A stretch of DNA of 63,526 nucleotides, the filler included, from Globobulimina sp. (taxonomy: Eukaryota), in NCBI GenBank assembly GCA_003354225.1. It is 21 parts of 21 records of this genome, joined end to end, with 100 filler letters (N's around TTAATTAATTAA, not from the genome) between each part and the next. Parts side by side here need not be neighbours in the genome. Positions count along the whole stretch, not along the records: positions 60,599 to 63,526 come from PIVH01004332.1; 20 more parts are not named here. One strand, 5' to 3'. Each line of letters opens with the position of its first letter. Positions within the stretch are counted from its first letter, which is position 1. A program made the position numbers and the translations under genes. The notes beneath the pieces are model-generated. The model ran no database searches. It saw nothing but the letters and a program-made list of their open reading frames with translations, and was not told the origin of the DNA. Below, piece after piece: positions 61,618 to 63,526 of this stretch.

Positions 61618-63231
61618 ATGGGCGGATGTTGTAATCAAGAGACCGTTTCTCAACAGACAACACCAAACACAATACCAAGGGTACAAGTGCATGACCAATA
61701 CATTGCAGTGGATGATATTGTTGACGACAATGAAGCAGTGGATGATACTGTTGATGACAATGAAGAAAGCTGGGATCACTATGAGGCATTGAACTTATCA
61801 GATAAAGATGAAGGAGCTCTAGCCGATGATGAAGCAATTGTATCCTTACTTATACCAAGACATAAATTGGAGGTACAATGCCATACTAAATCGAAATGCC
61901 ATTCCTAATTTTACCAATGATGTGTACACAGACTGCAGCCTCTGTTATTGATATATTAATGAGCTTACAAACCAACGCCGCCGACCCCGTCGATACCGAT
62001 CAAAAAGTTAACGAGAATGACAAAGATATATCCGACGTTTAGTTGATTCCAAATACATATATTTAAATATTTAATTAAATGCGGTATTCCATAAAAGAAA
62101 CAGAATGAAAAGGTAGAAGACCAGACGCAAGACTCGAAAACAGACGAACATAAAGTCAGTGAGCAGCAAAAAGTAAACGTAGAAATGGAAAACATGGAGA
62201 AAATAACAATCGAAGCAGAACATGTACATTCATGGTTAAGTTAAGTAGAATATATATATAATAATTAATTTTTCCGTCATATTTAATAATTAATTATAGA
62301 AATTGACAGCAACAACAAATATGCTGTGGAGACGTTACGATCGCAGTTGGCGTCATTATTAACGATACGGTCACAAAGTTATAAAAAAAAGTTGAAAGAG
62401 GTTTATCAGGAGACCTATGATGTGACGTTAATAAGAGACATAAAAGCGGTGATTAGCCATAGCAAAGGATATGCGACCACAATGGATATAATTTCGGGTT
62501 TATTAATGAGTGCTGCTCACTATGACAGTGCATTGATTATTGAATGTATTACGAAAATGGATATTTTAGCCGTGGGAGATATTATATGTTGTCGTTCGAT
62601 CCAACAATTAAAAGAATTATGTGTTGTTTATAAAGAAATTTATAAATATGATATTAAAGCACGTTTAAAAGCAATTGCGCAAAATGAGAAAAAAAAAACA
62701 TTGCTTACAGCAATCGATGCTATTTTTGATTTGGAAAAACAGCAGAAAGAGAATGTTGATATGGATGCCATTGAGAAAGATTTGAATTTCTTATTAAATA
62801 CGAAAAAGTTTAAAGATAATAATAAAGAAAGATTGGTTATGATTTTTATGGCAAATCGTGGCAAATATATACAAATTTTAAATGAGAAATTTGAAGCAAA
62901 ATCAAAGGATGATTTAGTAAGATTTATTGATAAGAAATTAGGAAACAAATCAAGTGTTGGTTATTTTTGTAAAATACGTATTTTGTATGTGTTGGATAGT
63001 GCTGATTATTATGCTCAAAAGATTAGAAAATTAGGTAAAAATGAAAAGAAAATTGCAAATATTTTTATACAACGAATGGAAATCGATTTGGGTCAAATAA
63101 AAAAAGTATGGATGGTGAAAAAATATGGTGATGGAAAGGATTTGAAACAATGGATTACTCAAAAAATATCTGCATCAAATAGCTTGTATTTTTTACAAAA
63201 AATGTTGGATAATTGCCGTAATTTGGCATGA
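61618..63231 (+). CDS. Divergent annexin with acidic N-terminal extension and MGGCC acylation motif; multi-exon
   Basis: Annexin-repeat pattern: LTIRSQSYKKKLKEVYQETY…LIRDI; IICCRSIQQLKELCVVYKEIY; IFIQRMEIDLGQIKKVW…YG..KDLKQWI. The upstream exon junctions are only approximately resolved. Confidence 0.75.
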
Positions 63232-63526
63232 ATGTATATAAAGCCAACTAACCTCCTTTAATTTTAATTTGTAATTATACTTTTTAAAATCGCCACTCAT
63301 TTTACAATTTTTTGAAGTGACAGAATTTCAAAGATGACAAACAATGGCATTACGCACCAAGCATTTTTATCATATTATTCGTTTCGTTTTAATGTATACG
63401 AAAAGAAATGGATCACATTAAATGAAAATGGCGTATTATTAATATATGACCGAAAGAAAAGTAATAAAATTAAAAAGCAAATTGATTTGAATGAATTTAA
63501 AGACATAAATAGATTGAAGAATACAA

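Noticed and set aside
1-63526. Functional gene cluster linking tubulin, dynein-stalk protein, PLK and HSP90
   Set aside because: They lie on different contigs ordered only by length, so adjacency carries no information.
1-63526. Ciliate-type genetic code (TAA/TAG = Gln)
   Set aside because: Long AT-rich ORFs are free of TAA/TAG, and HSP90 ends MEEVD-TAA.
1-63526. rRNA, tRNA or other structured RNA genes
   Set aside because: None recognisable by eye; a tRNAscan-SE or Infernal run would be needed to exclude them formally.

Overview
This window is not one locus. It is 21 unrelated contigs of about 2.93 kb each, sorted by length (2931 to 2928 bp) and joined by an artificial 100-bp linker (44 N + TTAATTAATTAA + 44 N), so no synteny can be read across linkers. 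Most contigs are AT-rich, gene-dense eukaryotic nuclear DNA with short GT-AG introns (about 55-230 nt) and the standard genetic code. The gene content (divergent alpha-tubulin, HLD-type kinases, Cys-rich/PT-stalk surface proteins) suggests a rhizarian, probably a foraminiferan; that assignment is inference. Chimeric junctions to bacterial-looking DNA and scattered 1-2 nt lesions suggest an amplified single-cell or low-coverage assembly. Confident genes are cytosolic HSP90, a Polo-like kinase, a CAMK-group kinase, alpha-tubulin, a membrane-bound calcineurin-like phosphoesterase, a LINE fragment and a Penelope-like RT. The most interesting observations are: (1) a complete motor-less protein built on an isolated dynein stalk/microtubule-binding domain; (2) an alpha-tubulin with a ~43-aa insertion in the M-loop; (3) that insertion matches a short helical module also found in three unrelated proteins here, possibly an undescribed adaptor 'box'; (4) an IRG/p47-type immunity GTPase fused to a SAM domain; (5) a Tudor-PH-pseudo-Josephin fusion; (6) candidate receptor-caspase and pseudo-caspase proteins; (7) a recurring lesion pattern (apparently missing C, in-frame TAA). 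All family assignments come from motif recognition by eye, not database searches.
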